In this document: one piece after another, positions 23,569 to 35,185 of the stretch
Position numbering within the stretch: the first letter of the stretch is position 1
Layout of the letters: each line of letters starts with the position of its first letter
Assembly: GCF_964204645.1 (NCBI RefSeq)
Contig: NW_027437439.1
Span: 1 to 64,000 of the forward strand
Length of the DNA stretch: 64,000 nt
From: Tubulanus polymorphus
Lineage: Eukaryota > Animalia > Nemertea
Reading direction: 5' to 3'
Notes under the pieces: generated by a model
What the model was told of the DNA's origin: nothing
Database searches by the model: none
What the model saw: only the letters and a program-made list of their open reading frames with translations
Program-made: the position numbers and the translations under genes

Positions 23569-24576
23569 GGGTCATACTAAACACCGTCAGACACCGTCAG
23601 GAAGACCGTCAGACACCGTCATGAACTCACGGGTTATACTAAACACCGTCAGGAAATAAAAAACAATGATTGTGAATTCTAAAATTGAATATCAACACTA
23701 AATGAGTCCTACTGTGCAAATTGAATTTGGAAATACATTTTTTTATATAACACGAGTTTTCCTTGGTAAACTCAACAATACGCTGTGCAAATTGAGCAAA
23801 TTTTGTGAAATAAATCTTTTCGTAATATATCGTAGTTTTTAGTATCTTAGTTTGAGTTAAACTTTTTTCCGAAATCTAACAATCACTTTATTTTTGCCAA
23901 ATTGTTATTACTTCGAAATGACAACAAAGTGATTAATAAATTGCAAACTGGGTCTGTTCCATGTTCCCTAACCCCTTAATTTAAGTTAATTTTTCATTTG
24001 TTTATTTTGTTTAAAATCTTATATTTGTATCAATGTATAATTATTCTAAAATAAGATCGATTACTTTGCCTTGATTTCAATGTACATTACAGTTCGAAAA
24101 AAGTTGAATAAATTGCGTTTCCTATTCATGTAAATATCAATTTTGTCAGTCATTTACCTTTTATAAATTTTTCAAAGTTTCCTTTTTTTCATTAGATTAT
24201 TTTGCCTTTTAAAAGTTGAATAAATGGGCCGGAATAAATTGTTTACCAGGGATTGCATTTCCTATTCATGTATATATCAATTTTGTCAGTCATTTACCCT
24301 GTGTAGTGTATTTGTATATTGTTATTTTCAATTTTGCCTTTATTTTAATTTCGGCGTACTCTTAATGTATAAGCTTGAGTTGATTTCTCAAATTGTGAAT
24401 AAACAACATTTTAGTATTTTCAAGAGTCGTTTCAAATTTGCTTTCCTTTTCTGCCTTCAAGATTCACTCTTCATGACGGTGTCTGACGGTCTTCCTGACG
24501 GTGTCTGACGGCTCCTGACGGTGTCTGACGGCTCCTGACGGTGTCTGACGGCTCCTGACGGTGTTTAGTATGACCG
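23569..24576. mobile_element. 1-kb non-autonomous DNA transposon, 8-bp TSD, iterated subterminal motifs
   Basis: TIR GGTCATACTAAACACCGTCAG; TSD AGAATGAG (23561-68, 24577-84). Repeated ACCGTCAG boxes inverted at both ends. Interrupts the 39-bp array. Confidence 0.85.
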
Positions 24577-26630
24577 AGAATGAGATTTAACCCACACAAC
24601 TGTGGAATTGGATTCAGAGTCAAATAAAAAAATCAAGCCTTAATCAAACCAATTTTGAAAATATTTCATTAAGCCATGTTCCCAATAAGATTGAACAGTT
24701 TTCATTTTCTAAGCGCCTTTCTAGGAAACTCGAATCCCGTAAGCATTATCACCAGTACTAACAATACATTCTTTCACGCCATGTGACAAATGACTTTAGC
24801 GAAATGACTAATCTTTAAATATATCACACTTGGTCTCGAAAACTTTAACCAACCCAACCCAGCCAAAAATGGTCACGCTCTTAACTTTAACACTCAGCAG
24901 AACCTTAAGTTTTAGTAAGCGGCTAATATTTGCGCTACTGACATTCAAAATCTTCAGTTTGGCACAAACTTCAATCTAGACTAGCAGCCTAAACCAACCC
25001 CTTTTTAAAGCGGGGTAAATATATGTAATGGCTACCAAGTTCTTAAGGCCGAGTCTTATCAGAATTCATCTGAAAAAAACAGTTGGTTTTCGGTCTTTTT
25101 TTCAGAACGATTGATTTGAATTGATTTCGAGATTTAAAATCCGCCACCAATTTCAGGACGTAAATGAGGCCGATTTAAAGCTGAAAAAAACAGATGTCGA
25201 AAGTTTAAACAACGAGTAAATCATAGAATCGACAGTTTACCGGTTCGATTAGAAATATCCACTGCCGTATAAATCCATCGCGGTGAATCACTCAACAGGT
25301 CTCACCTACTAAAACAGCAAATCTCGGAACCCGGAAGTGTTTTCGCGTAACGGAGATTATGCTGGTGGCACCGCCTGGCGGTATGGATCACGAGAGGCAT
25401 TACTCCGACAAAGGGAAACTCGTTTTAGAACTTGAATGACTAGATTGCTTACCGGAGTCGTTACTTCGAATCGCTGCTGATCTACACCGTTATAGTATTA
25501 GATTACATATTATGTTGTTGCAATAGTGTTATTATAGATTTGTCTTCTTTTTTTTATACTGTGACTGCAAGTCAAAAAGAAAAAAAAAATTATGTATTCT
25601 CAACCCTCTCTATTAATTGGAAGTTGGAATGTTAATGGCGTTTCCTCCAAACTAGTGGGTAGAGAAAACAAATTCGAATGTCTTGAGGGCAAATACGATA
25701 TAATTTGTGTACAAGAGACACATTTAGGTAAAAATGATGACCTTTTCCCGAAAAACTATACAATTTGGAGTTCCGATAGAAAAAAGAATGTCAAAGCTAC
25801 CTGTGGCTCTGGTGGTAAAGTCGTTACAAGCCTGCAATAACCGTCAATGTTATAAATCTAAGAAAAAATGGTCCGTCAGGGATTGCGTCAATGCTAAAAC
25901 TAGTCTAAACTAACAAGCTAAATTATTATCTAAGGCAATATCAAGACAGAATCTATCTGCCTACTACTCGAAGCGTAAACATTACAGGAATCTACCGAGA
26001 CGGAAAAAGAAATCATATATTAACAGAATCATAGACGATATAAATAGTAATAGTAATAGCCCTGTAAAAAATAGCCACGACTCGCTAATTCTTAAGGCCC
26101 TACAGGATAACTACTCAAATATGTACGCAGGTAGATTCCCTAATTATCAATCAGGGATTAAGAATTTGCTATCCTCGTATCACCTCGTATACAAGAGTCA
26201 CATTTAGGTGAAAATGATGACCTTTTCCCGAAAAACTATACAATTTGGAGTTCCGATAGAAAAAAGAATGTCAAAGCTACCTGTGGCTCTGGTATAGCTG
26301 TCGCAGTAAAGAACAACCATAAAGCCAATATTATATACATAAAATCAAGCGACTCAGTAATTTGGATTAGATTATCAAAGGAAATTTGGAATTGTAAGTC
26401 TGATAAAGACGTATACTTAGCCTCAGTATACCGCCAATCAACTCGCCCATGTATAAATCAAATGTAAATTATGACCCTCATGATGAGTTGTATAACGACA
26501 TATCCTATTCTAGGCAAGAGGAGACGTATTACTATGTGGCGATTTTAATGGTAGATGCTCAAATCTCAAGGACTACATAGATGAAGAATGTAAAATAGAT
26601 GAACTAGATTATTTGGTCCCTATAGACCAA

Positions 26631-26757
26631 GGGCCAGTTGCTCAAATGTTGGTTAAAGATAACCGGCCGTTAAATACCATAGTAACAATGAAATTTCAAT
26701 TGTCACCATATCAACTATCCACTGGTTAACTCAAACAAACTTTTGAGCAACCGGCCC
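26631..26757. mobile_element. PIF/Harbinger-like MITE inserted in LINE remnant
   Basis: TIR GGGCCRGTTGCTCAAA; flanks CAA/CAG. Confidence 0.72.
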
Positions 26758-26862
26758 CAGTGTACCCCGAGATTTTCCTCGGACGTTGTAGTTAATCAAT
26801 TTGGTAGGAAAACTATTGAGATATGTAATGACAGTAACCTCAGGATATTAAATGGTAGGATA

Positions 26863-27410
26863 CTAATGTCTATTTATTAATTGATGAGACCTGTTTTTCT
26901 GGGATATTTTGCTTACTTTTTGGGGTACATACCTCATTTATGTCTTAACAGAATGCCAAAAATCGTGGACAACAACTGAATATCCGATATATTTCCAGTT
27001 CTGTACCAATTAGATGGATTGGCAAAAAGACTCCTTTAGTCCAGTTGAATGAGAGAGAAAATCTTCCATTTTGTCAAATTTCTTGGATTTGAACATTGTT
27101 ACCATGCCTACGCCACCCTGATTTAGTTGTTGAGACCCCAATAGAAAAATAACTTCATTTCGTAGGCATGGTGACAATGTAAAAATTCAAGAAATTTCAC
27201 AAAATGGAGGATTTTCTCTCTCATTCAATTGGACTTAAGGAGTCTTTTTGCCAATCCATCTAATTGGTACAAAACTGGAAATATATCGGATATTCAGTTG
27301 TTGTCCGCGATTTTTGGCATTCTGTTAAGACATAAATGAGGTATGTACCCCAAAAAGTAAGCAAAATATCCAAGAAAAACAGGTCTCATCCATTAATAAA
27401 TAGACATTAG
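26863..27410. mobile_element. Foldback element: 250-bp inverted arms, 48-bp spacer
   Basis: 26863-27112 is a near-perfect reverse complement of 27161-27410. Possible degenerate 8-bp TSD GTAGGATA/GTGGGATC. Confidence 0.85.
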
Positions 27411-28499
27411 GTGGGATCATTCATTTATTACGTACGCATAAAATTTGAATTTTTCTGTATATAGCGAACTTTTTTATATATCTAACCAGCAACTAAAACA
27501 TAGCAAATCGTGTAATTATCTGGGCTTCGCGTTGCATTGTAATGGTAAATTTAACTACCTTCAAGAATGCTTAAATCGGAAGGCCTCCAGAGCCATGTTC
27601 AATATTTTCTCAATGCCAGATTTTATCAACTAATAATTACCCGACAAATTCAATTATTTAACAGTATCTTGAAACCCATACTCATTTCTCACTGTAAATA
27701 GAATCAACACTGTTTTTTTTTTTAATGAATCACCCCCCCATGCCTTTCTTTGCATCATAAATAGATGGAATAGTATCCCTGGCAAGCGAGGACGGGCCTA
27801 CGTATCGTATCTTCCATGTAGTAATAATGGGCTACTTTTGTTTGTACTTTCATGTCTCTTTAATTTTTTTTAATTTGTATTGTACTGTTAATTGCCTTGC
27901 CTTGTACTGTATTGTATTGTATTGTTGTTTCTTTATTAACTTGTCTTATCCTATAAAGTGTATACTTTACGGATTAAATAAAGATTGAATTGAATTGAAT
28001 TACCGGTCTCTACCTAGTTCTGTTGGCTGCGAATGCAGGTCACAGGGGCTAACATCTTCATCCGTCAAGGGATTCGAACCCACTACGCTAAAGCTGTGCC
28101 AGTTTGGGGAACGATACCGGACCCCTGGCAAAAGAGGATGGGGCTCGCAAGCAGAAATGCAGAAATGCAGAAAGGCAGACATTGGTGTGTTGATTTTACG
28201 GACAATAAAATTAAATTGAATTTTACTTTATCCAGCTAAATTTCAGTAATCCACATTTCCGTTATACCGTGTTGTTGAAATTATGCAGACGACATTATCA
28301 TTAGACGAATTATGCAGACGAATTCATTCAAGTAACGCCTAGCAAGGGGTCCAAAATCAAAGATTTGACCCAGTATTCTAGGTACCACCTATAGGTGCTC
28401 ATTCGGATACTGGGTCAAATCTTTGATTTTGTCATTGATGTACGAAATTCTTATTCTCATTTCTTTTTTAGACGTTGTCTTTGCATTTTTCTTCATTCA

Positions 28500-28640
28500 C
28501 TTCTGTGTCCGTCCTCGCTTGCCAGAGTTCGGTTCATTCATTCGGGGACCCACCAACCCATTCAATAAAAAACTCGAGTAATGAACCCGAACTCAGCACC
28601 TTCAATATCTGAGATGGTTGTCTAACCCAGTTGAGCCATT
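28500..28640 (-). mobile_element. Possible degenerate tRNA-derived SINE head
   Basis: Minus strand TGGCTCAACTGG (A-box-like) and GAGTTCGGGTTC (B-box-like) at tRNA-like spacing; no intact cloverleaf. Confidence 0.3.
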
Positions 28641-29322
28641 GTGTAACTAACCCAGCTTACAGCCAGGACAAATTCCTTTTCCCTATCTAGTCGACTAGTG
28701 GTCGGAACGCGCGTAGTTCGGTCGCAGCGTATTTCGCAGTGTCGGCCATCTAGGAAGTAGGTCCGAACTACAGCGACCGTGCTAAATCGCGCGGTCGACT
28801 ATTTCCGGACCATAGTTCCGACTAACTGATATTCGGTTTCTCTTAGTCCGACCGTAGTCGACTAACTCCGACGACCGCAGTTCGTCCTGCAGGTTTCATC
28901 GCGGTACACATTCTGACTTTACTAAACATACGTATTGAACTCGTGCAAGCACTACCCGACGTACCTAATCAGGTAGTTGACACATTTACCAGTGGTTTAC
29001 ACCAAATTATTGCACAACAAATTTTCTAAGTGACATTTATATTTTACGCAATAATTCGCTTTCATTAGATCCGTGTAAATTGTGTCAGATTTCTAAGAGC
29101 TCATGATGCAGACAACATTCTGAGCTTCAAAGAATAAGTCATGTCTGACTAATTTGCATCAATCTATTAAATTCAATGAATAGGCAGCCAGCTTACACTT
29201 CAATAGTTCATCATCATGTATCATGAATTCAACTAAGATTCAATGCACGCGCAGCATTTACACCATCCTCGTGATTCCGGCTAACGGATCCGGAGTCTAC
29301 CGCACTGTGTCAAGAGTCGATC

Positions 29323-30267
29323 ATGAATTCATCGCGGATTCAAGTAGGTCGGAGTTATAACAGTAACATCGTTCTCATGTCCGTGGCGAACTCGACCGGA
29401 ATCTACCGCGTCGTTTTACTGGTCGTTCTACCTGTCATGTTCCTGTTAGGAGCGTTTGGAAATCCAGCCACTTTCCTGACAATGATGAGTCGCAGATTCC
29501 ACAGTCTGTCCTACGCGAACTATCTGATCGTTTTGTCTATCTTCGATTTCATTTTCTGTATAGATTTAACGCTGATGCCCGTTCTACAGTTTATGCTCTT
29601 GAATCTGAAAACCGGTCCTGTATTCGTGATGAATTCACTGATCAGTTGCCAAATACATGAAATGGTGATGGGAATCGCCTCTTCTAACAGTTCGTGGTTG
29701 ATAGTAGCTATAACTCTGGAACGAGTGGCAGTTGTGCTCTTCCCGTTCACATCTCGTTTGATATGTACACCGAGATTCGCTAGATCTGTTATATTGATAA
29801 TGACCGCAGTGAATGGACTGGCCATGTTTATCCTTCCTAAGTCGTTACATTTTACCGACCAGTTTTTCGGATGTTACTACGAATTAGTCGACCAAGTTAC
29901 ATTCCTTGTTCCGCTTGGCGTTTACGTTTTCGTCGTGCCTTTGTCGTTGATTCTGGTATCAAATTGCGTAATAATAATTCAGTTATTAAGACGTTCAAAA
30001 ATTTTTTCGTCTGAACTTAAGACTAAATCGAAGCGCACAACAGTGATGCTTATAACGGTTTCACTGGTGTTTGCGATGTTCACGCTGCCGACCACGCTTA
30101 CCGCAATGATACCGATTCGAACGGAGCAGAAAGAATTTCTATATTTCATATTCGCGCAGATGCGAATTTGTAACTATGTGATAAATTTCTATATCTATCT
30201 TTTACTGGGACGAGAAATTCGTGAATATTTTTGTATGAAAATCCGCTGTAGAAATCCAGCGAAATGA
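29323..30267 (+). CDS. Intronless rhodopsin-family (class A) GPCR, peptide-receptor/chemoreceptor-like, 314 aa
   Basis: Single ORF with 7 hydrophobic segments: TM1 GAFGN, TM2 YLIVLSIFD, TM3 SSWLIVAITLERVAVVLFP, TM6 FAMFTLP, TM7 NYVINFYIY. N-terminal N-glycosylation sequons. Confidence 0.9.
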   Translation: MNSSRIQVGRSYNSNIVLMSVANSTGIYRVVLLVVLPVMFLLGAFGNPATFLTMMSRRFHSLSYANYLIVLSIFDFIFCIDLTLMPVLQFMLLNLKTGPVFVMNSLISCQIHEMVMGIASSNSSWLIVAITLERVAVVLFPFTSRLICTPRFARSVILIMTAVNGLAMFILPKSLHFTDQFFGCYYELVDQVTFLVPLGVYVFVVPLSLILVSNCVIIIQLLRRSKIFSSELKTKSKRTTVMLITVSLVFAMFTLPTTLTAMIPIRTEQKEFLYFIFAQMRICNYVINFYIYLLLGREIREYFCMKIRCRNPAK

Positions 30268-31093
30268 CCATTGACTTATGATTCGTTTTAGAAAATTTCA
30301 TCTCTTTATAAATTGTTGACTGGTTACGTTGAAATTCAGTAAACTACATTTGATTCTAGTTGGATAACTGCAAGCTTTGGACAATTCCGTATGTATATCA
30401 TTGAACACACACAAATACAAAGATGTAGATATTCAATTTTTTGTTCATTTGTTTTGAAGTCACTTTATTTAACTTGTAAACTAAAATTTCTTCTTGATTC
30501 TATTACAAGTTTAAAGTGAATGCAAGTTTTGTGTAAATATAAAAGAAAAACCGCTTGGAGTTTTCAGATTATTACTAAATTTTCATTCAATATTAATTAA
30601 CAATTAGCCGAGTTAATTATGAACAATCAACGAAGTTAATTGGAACGAGTAATGCGCATTTTAATTAAATCACTCAACTTCATAGCTGTTACGCATCTGG
30701 ATAACGGGTTTTCGAGTGCATTTCTTTTTTAAATGTCTGCTATGAATTACGTGGGTAAGACTTTTGAAGTCAGCCATGAAGTTAGCTGGATTAGAAGTCA
30801 TGATACGTACATACAATGGACTATGCTCTGCTAAGTTATCTGCATTGTGAGTCATAACAATCAACAAAAAGGCCCTGGTCATTTTCTAAGACCCAATAGG
30901 GTTACACTGTAAACTGCAGTTGGGACGTAAAACTCAACTAAACTAAACATAAACCTTATTTTGTAGAAGCCGCATCTATGGATTAAATGAACTAGGGTTA
31001 TGGATCTGGGTTATGGCTATGGTTATGGGTTTGCTGGCTTCATCTAATCTCCTCCACATTACATTAAATTGTCCCATACTTGTATATTTTATA

Positions 31094-31289
31094 CACATTT
31101 CGTCCCGAAAACGTCGTTCAGAGCGAGAAAAGACGTTTTCTTATCAAATTTCCCCCCTATCGAAAAAATGACGATGTCGATGCGTAAAAGCGCTCAAATC
31201 GTCAGGAAAAGCACATTTCGACCCGAAAACGTCGTTCAGAGCGAGAAAAGACGTTTTCTTATCAAATTTTCCCCCTATCGGAAAAATGT
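31094..31289 (+). repeat. 118-bp-period tandem duplication
   Basis: CACATTTCG.CCCGAAAACGTCGTTCAGAGCGAGAAAAGACG occurs twice. Confidence 0.8.
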
Positions 31290-31964
31290 ATATCTTTACG
31301 GCATATTGTAATTTATCGGGGAAATGAATTATTATTATTATTATTACTAATATTATTATTATCATTATTATAATAATTATCATACATTGAATCTGTATGT
31401 CCAAGCAAATCAATTTGGTCTATGATTCCTTCTTTTACGGATAGTCTAAAAATAAGAATTGATACATTTTTCTAAAAGATGGTTTGTCATTTCTTCAAAA
31501 AAAATTGATAATTATCTCACCGCAGCAAATGAATTATTCGCAACTGTTTAATCCGTTCCATGCGCACGACGGATTAAAAAGAAATGAAGTAAGATCCCTT
31601 TTGTTCAAAAGCCGCATCATCATTATAACTCGTTATCAAATTTAACTTACCTCCAGTCTCCAACAGAGAATACCACAGTCGCCCATAGTCATGCGTGACG
31701 CATTGACAAAAGAAAAGTGGCTCTCATAATCATATTCTATATACATTTGAAATGTTCAAATAAGATTTTTCGTCTTGTAGGACGTAGTAAACCACATTCT
31801 TGGAATATTCAGCATAGTGTTTGTACGTTGGCTTGTACGGTTGTGATAGGGTTTTCATAGGTTTTCATACTCCACACGTACTGTTTATACGTCTCTATAA
31901 CCAAAAATTAGGTAGAGACTAAAGCAAAGGTTTTTCGCGTGTAAATCAACAATTTTATTGTAGA

Positions 31965-32362
31965 CTAGCAAAGTACCCGTCCTGGCGGACGGGTAGAATA
32001 TAATAAATCACTAAGGTGCGGATAAAAATAGTATAACATTTATTTATCGATATGAAATCTACACGATAAGTCAGGCATTAGAAACAAATATCAAAGAAGA
32101 GAAAAAGTATTACAATATTTCGCTGTATATAAAGTATTACAATATTTCGCTATGTTTTTGGTTTGTTTGCGTGAGTACTGGGTACCCACTCTGGAAAGGG
32201 AAACATAGAGCATGCCACGTGTGAATGGTGAATTCCGAAAGTCCAGTCCAATGTATCTGAGTCTCTGTAGAAATCTGTAGAAAACCAAGCAGCAGCCGAT
32301 GCTCACATCGCAGTAATCCTTACTATTAGATTCCCTGCGAGGTCAATCTGTATGCAGAGAGA
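31965..32362 (-). mobile_element. Helitron remnant (3' end plus helicase fragment)
   Basis: Minus-strand 3' end: hairpin CCCGTCC-GCCA-GGACGGG, 7-nt spacer, CTAG then T. Upstream minus frame reads YIGLDFRNSPFTRGMLYVSLSRVG, matching the Helitron PIF1-helicase C-terminal motif (GQLYVAxSRV). 5' boundary tentative (A/TC at 32362). Confidence 0.78.
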
Positions 32363-32687
32363 TGAATTGAGGTCATCGGCATTTGTAGTCAAGCTCGCTA
32401 CACAAAAACCGAGCTGACGCTCAAATGTTAGTTTTGATCATGGCGCGCAGTGACGTCACGCGGAGCGTCCAAACTTAAATGGTCCAAAAGTCTACCTAAA
32501 CTTTATCGTATCGGCACGAAATCGATTCTAAAACACAGATCAGCCCATCCTCTTTCAATCCATACCACTCAACGGGTAATCGAAGCCACACGATCGGAGA
32601 TTACGTGTTACAAAGTTAAGACGCCTAGCCGCTATCTTCATTATCCTCGAAGTTATTCTCCCTAAACTTGGTACTATGAGTCCTACC

Positions 32688-32760
32688 GCCCTTCTTTAGT
32701 CTAAAATGCATTTTAGACTGAAGAAGGGTGGTAGTAACCACCCGAAATATTTCTTATATG
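32688..32760 (+). ncRNA. Degenerate minimal hammerhead ribozyme motif, Penelope-like retroelement remnant
   Basis: CTGAAGA-A-GGGTGG(TAGTAA)CCACCC-GAAA-TATT with imperfect stem I, preceded by its own inverted copy. Confidence 0.45.
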
Positions 32761-34629
32761 TTTTAATAAACATTTTATCATTCAATTCATCTATTGTGGG
32801 ATTTTACTCGCCGTTAGAAATATTCACCAATTTCCTTTTGAGCAACTAATCCATACATTTCTGTATGTATCTCGTATTAGGACGAAAAACTGTTCAAAGT
32901 GTGCCTGCACGAAGCAAATAAGAATTGATCCCGATGACTAGTTTCCTTCGGTGTTCATCTGTCAGTAGTCTCAACGGAAGTGGGCTAATCATCGGGAAAC
33001 ATATATGCCACAACAACCAAAAACACTTCTCTTCCACTTTTCAGCGCCAACAACTACTTATACTAAATAGCCAAAATGAGCAATTAACGATATCGGTTAT
33101 TTTCCCAGTAACGTACGTACATTTGAAATCACCCATTAATTCGTCACTAAATATTCGTCACTAGCGAAAAATAATCTATATTTAAAGTATTTAGTTTCCT
33201 CTAACCACAACCAGGAATATATCTGAGATAAAACGGATACGAAATTAGGGTCTTTTTCGTAGTCACGATGGCGATGACTTGAATTCGCGTGAGTACGTAC
33301 GGTTGAACTAAACCAGTACTAAACCAGCTGTTTATAGTCCGGGTACTTGTAGTAGACGGCGCTCAAGTGGTACGGAAGTTTCTCGTATGTTCATTATTTC
33401 ATTACCCCTAGGAAGAGAATGTGCCTTATTGATCTGGTTCCGAAGGTCAAGGTGATTTGCGCGTAAATGCCATTCACGAAGAACCATCGACAGGTTCGCC
33501 TGGATGGTTCGGTATCGTAAAGTGAATATTATTATATCATTCGATGAAGATAATTGTATACAATGTAATTACCAAATAATCGGAATAGTGGTCCGATACA
33601 CTAATTAAACGTTAACAGAAGAAACGTAATAGTTTGAAGCTAATGAAAGGATGTAAATAATGTCAGACGGAAATATGAGTATTGAAAACTCGAATATTGA
33701 TTAATGGTTGTAGCTATCCTGCATGTTTTATAGTTATAGATTTACAATTCATCTTTTTCTAGCTTTAAAATGCTTTTATCTGCTGTGTATGCATTGTTTT
33801 ATTTTGGCCACCATAGAGTCCTGTTATACCTTGTTCTGTTCTATTATTGTTCTTGTGCTCTGCTGTTATCGTCATTCTCTTTTTTTTGAATATACACCTA
33901 GGTCTCCGTAGGTTCCCAGTGGCGGAAATGGTGAAATTGTGAGCATACGTATATCATTCTTAATTCAAACCCGAAAAGTGTTCAGAATGCGCCTAAATGC
34001 ATCAAATTTTTTTTTCTAGATCTTCAGACCCCCTTATTGGTGTTCGCGCCTGTGGCGCTCGCTGACGCGGTGCCGTCATCACAAATGCACAAACTGATAT
34101 TTTAGGTCTGGCCCCCACACCTTTCTATTCGTTCTTAGTCGTGGACTTCCAAACTAAACAAAAAAATTCGCACAAACACGAAAAGGTTCTATAAATAGAA
34201 TTCGATAAGGGGAACGTAAGTATTTCTTATAGAATTGCTATATTTCTATTCTCGACTATTAATAAGAGAAAAACGTACCATTTTCTTAACCTAAAAATAC
34301 GTAGCCGAAATTAAGGATGTTTTTATGGATTGTGATTGCGATTAGCCGTTTCCGACTGCTAAGATTTCAGCGTGAAACAGTTCCAATATTTTTTATGGTC
34401 GAACCAAATTAAATAAGCATCCGCCACCCCTGGTTTAGTGATCTTATGTCCTGACATCATACGGTAGAGGCATAGAGATGACTAATACGTCTAGCGCTAT
34501 TACAGAACCGAGCTTTATTTGAAGTTATAGAATACTTCATATGACTGAACACAGATAGAAAGGCTCGACTACACATAGAACAGTATTTATCATCAATAAA
34601 CTTATCAGTAAACTTTCGCCATGCAGCCA

Positions 34630-35137
34630 CTAAAGACGTGCATATATTACCATCTGTTCGGCATACTGGAGATTTGAAATGCCTGAAAGACAGAAATGTG
34701 CTTACATGATTATCATCGTTATCATTAACCACCCATTCGATGGCTTAATCAAGTGTAAAACTACGTCAATTTGTATCACACTACGTCCTTACAAAAATTA
34801 CTTTCGATATGAAAAAACTCCAACAAGCACTATGAGACCATTTGATATAAGTTAACTTGGATTGGTGTGAATCGGATTCAATTCCAAAACGACGGTTTCG
34901 AATTTTTTGAAATAAGGTGCCATTTCAATGGAACTCGAACCCCGTGATGACTGGCACTGTTGGAGATTAAACTATTTGAAACATTTTCACCTCCGAAATA
35001 AATTTTTTTTCGAATTGCCTAGGGGGTCAATCAGAATCAATACACTTGTACGTATTGGGGTTAAATCCTTACAAAAAATCCGTTGAGTTGTTTAGGAGCC
35101 TGTGCCTTTAGGTGACTTTTAGGGATTATCTGCTGAA

Positions 35138-35185
<48 letters not shown>

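Larger units (their letters stand above)
25592..27999 (+). mobile_element. Decayed non-LTR retrotransposon (AP-endonuclease and RT C-terminal remnants), interrupted by two DNA elements
   Basis: APE motifs IGSWNVNG, IICVQETH, GIAVAVK, LCGDFNGR, LRILNGR in broken frames. YLGF-type RT C-terminal piece at 27445-27633. AATAAA plus (TTGAA)n tail at ~27977-27999. Internal duplication 25706-25813 / ~26186-26293. Confidence 0.75.

Noticed and set aside
28040-28135. tRNA gene suggested by GGTTCGAATCC B-box on the minus strand
   Set aside because: No convincing A-box or cloverleaf; at most a SINE remnant.
29520-29825. Antisense ORFs over the GPCR and GRL101-like exons
   Set aside because: Shadow frames of real coding sequence on the opposite strand.
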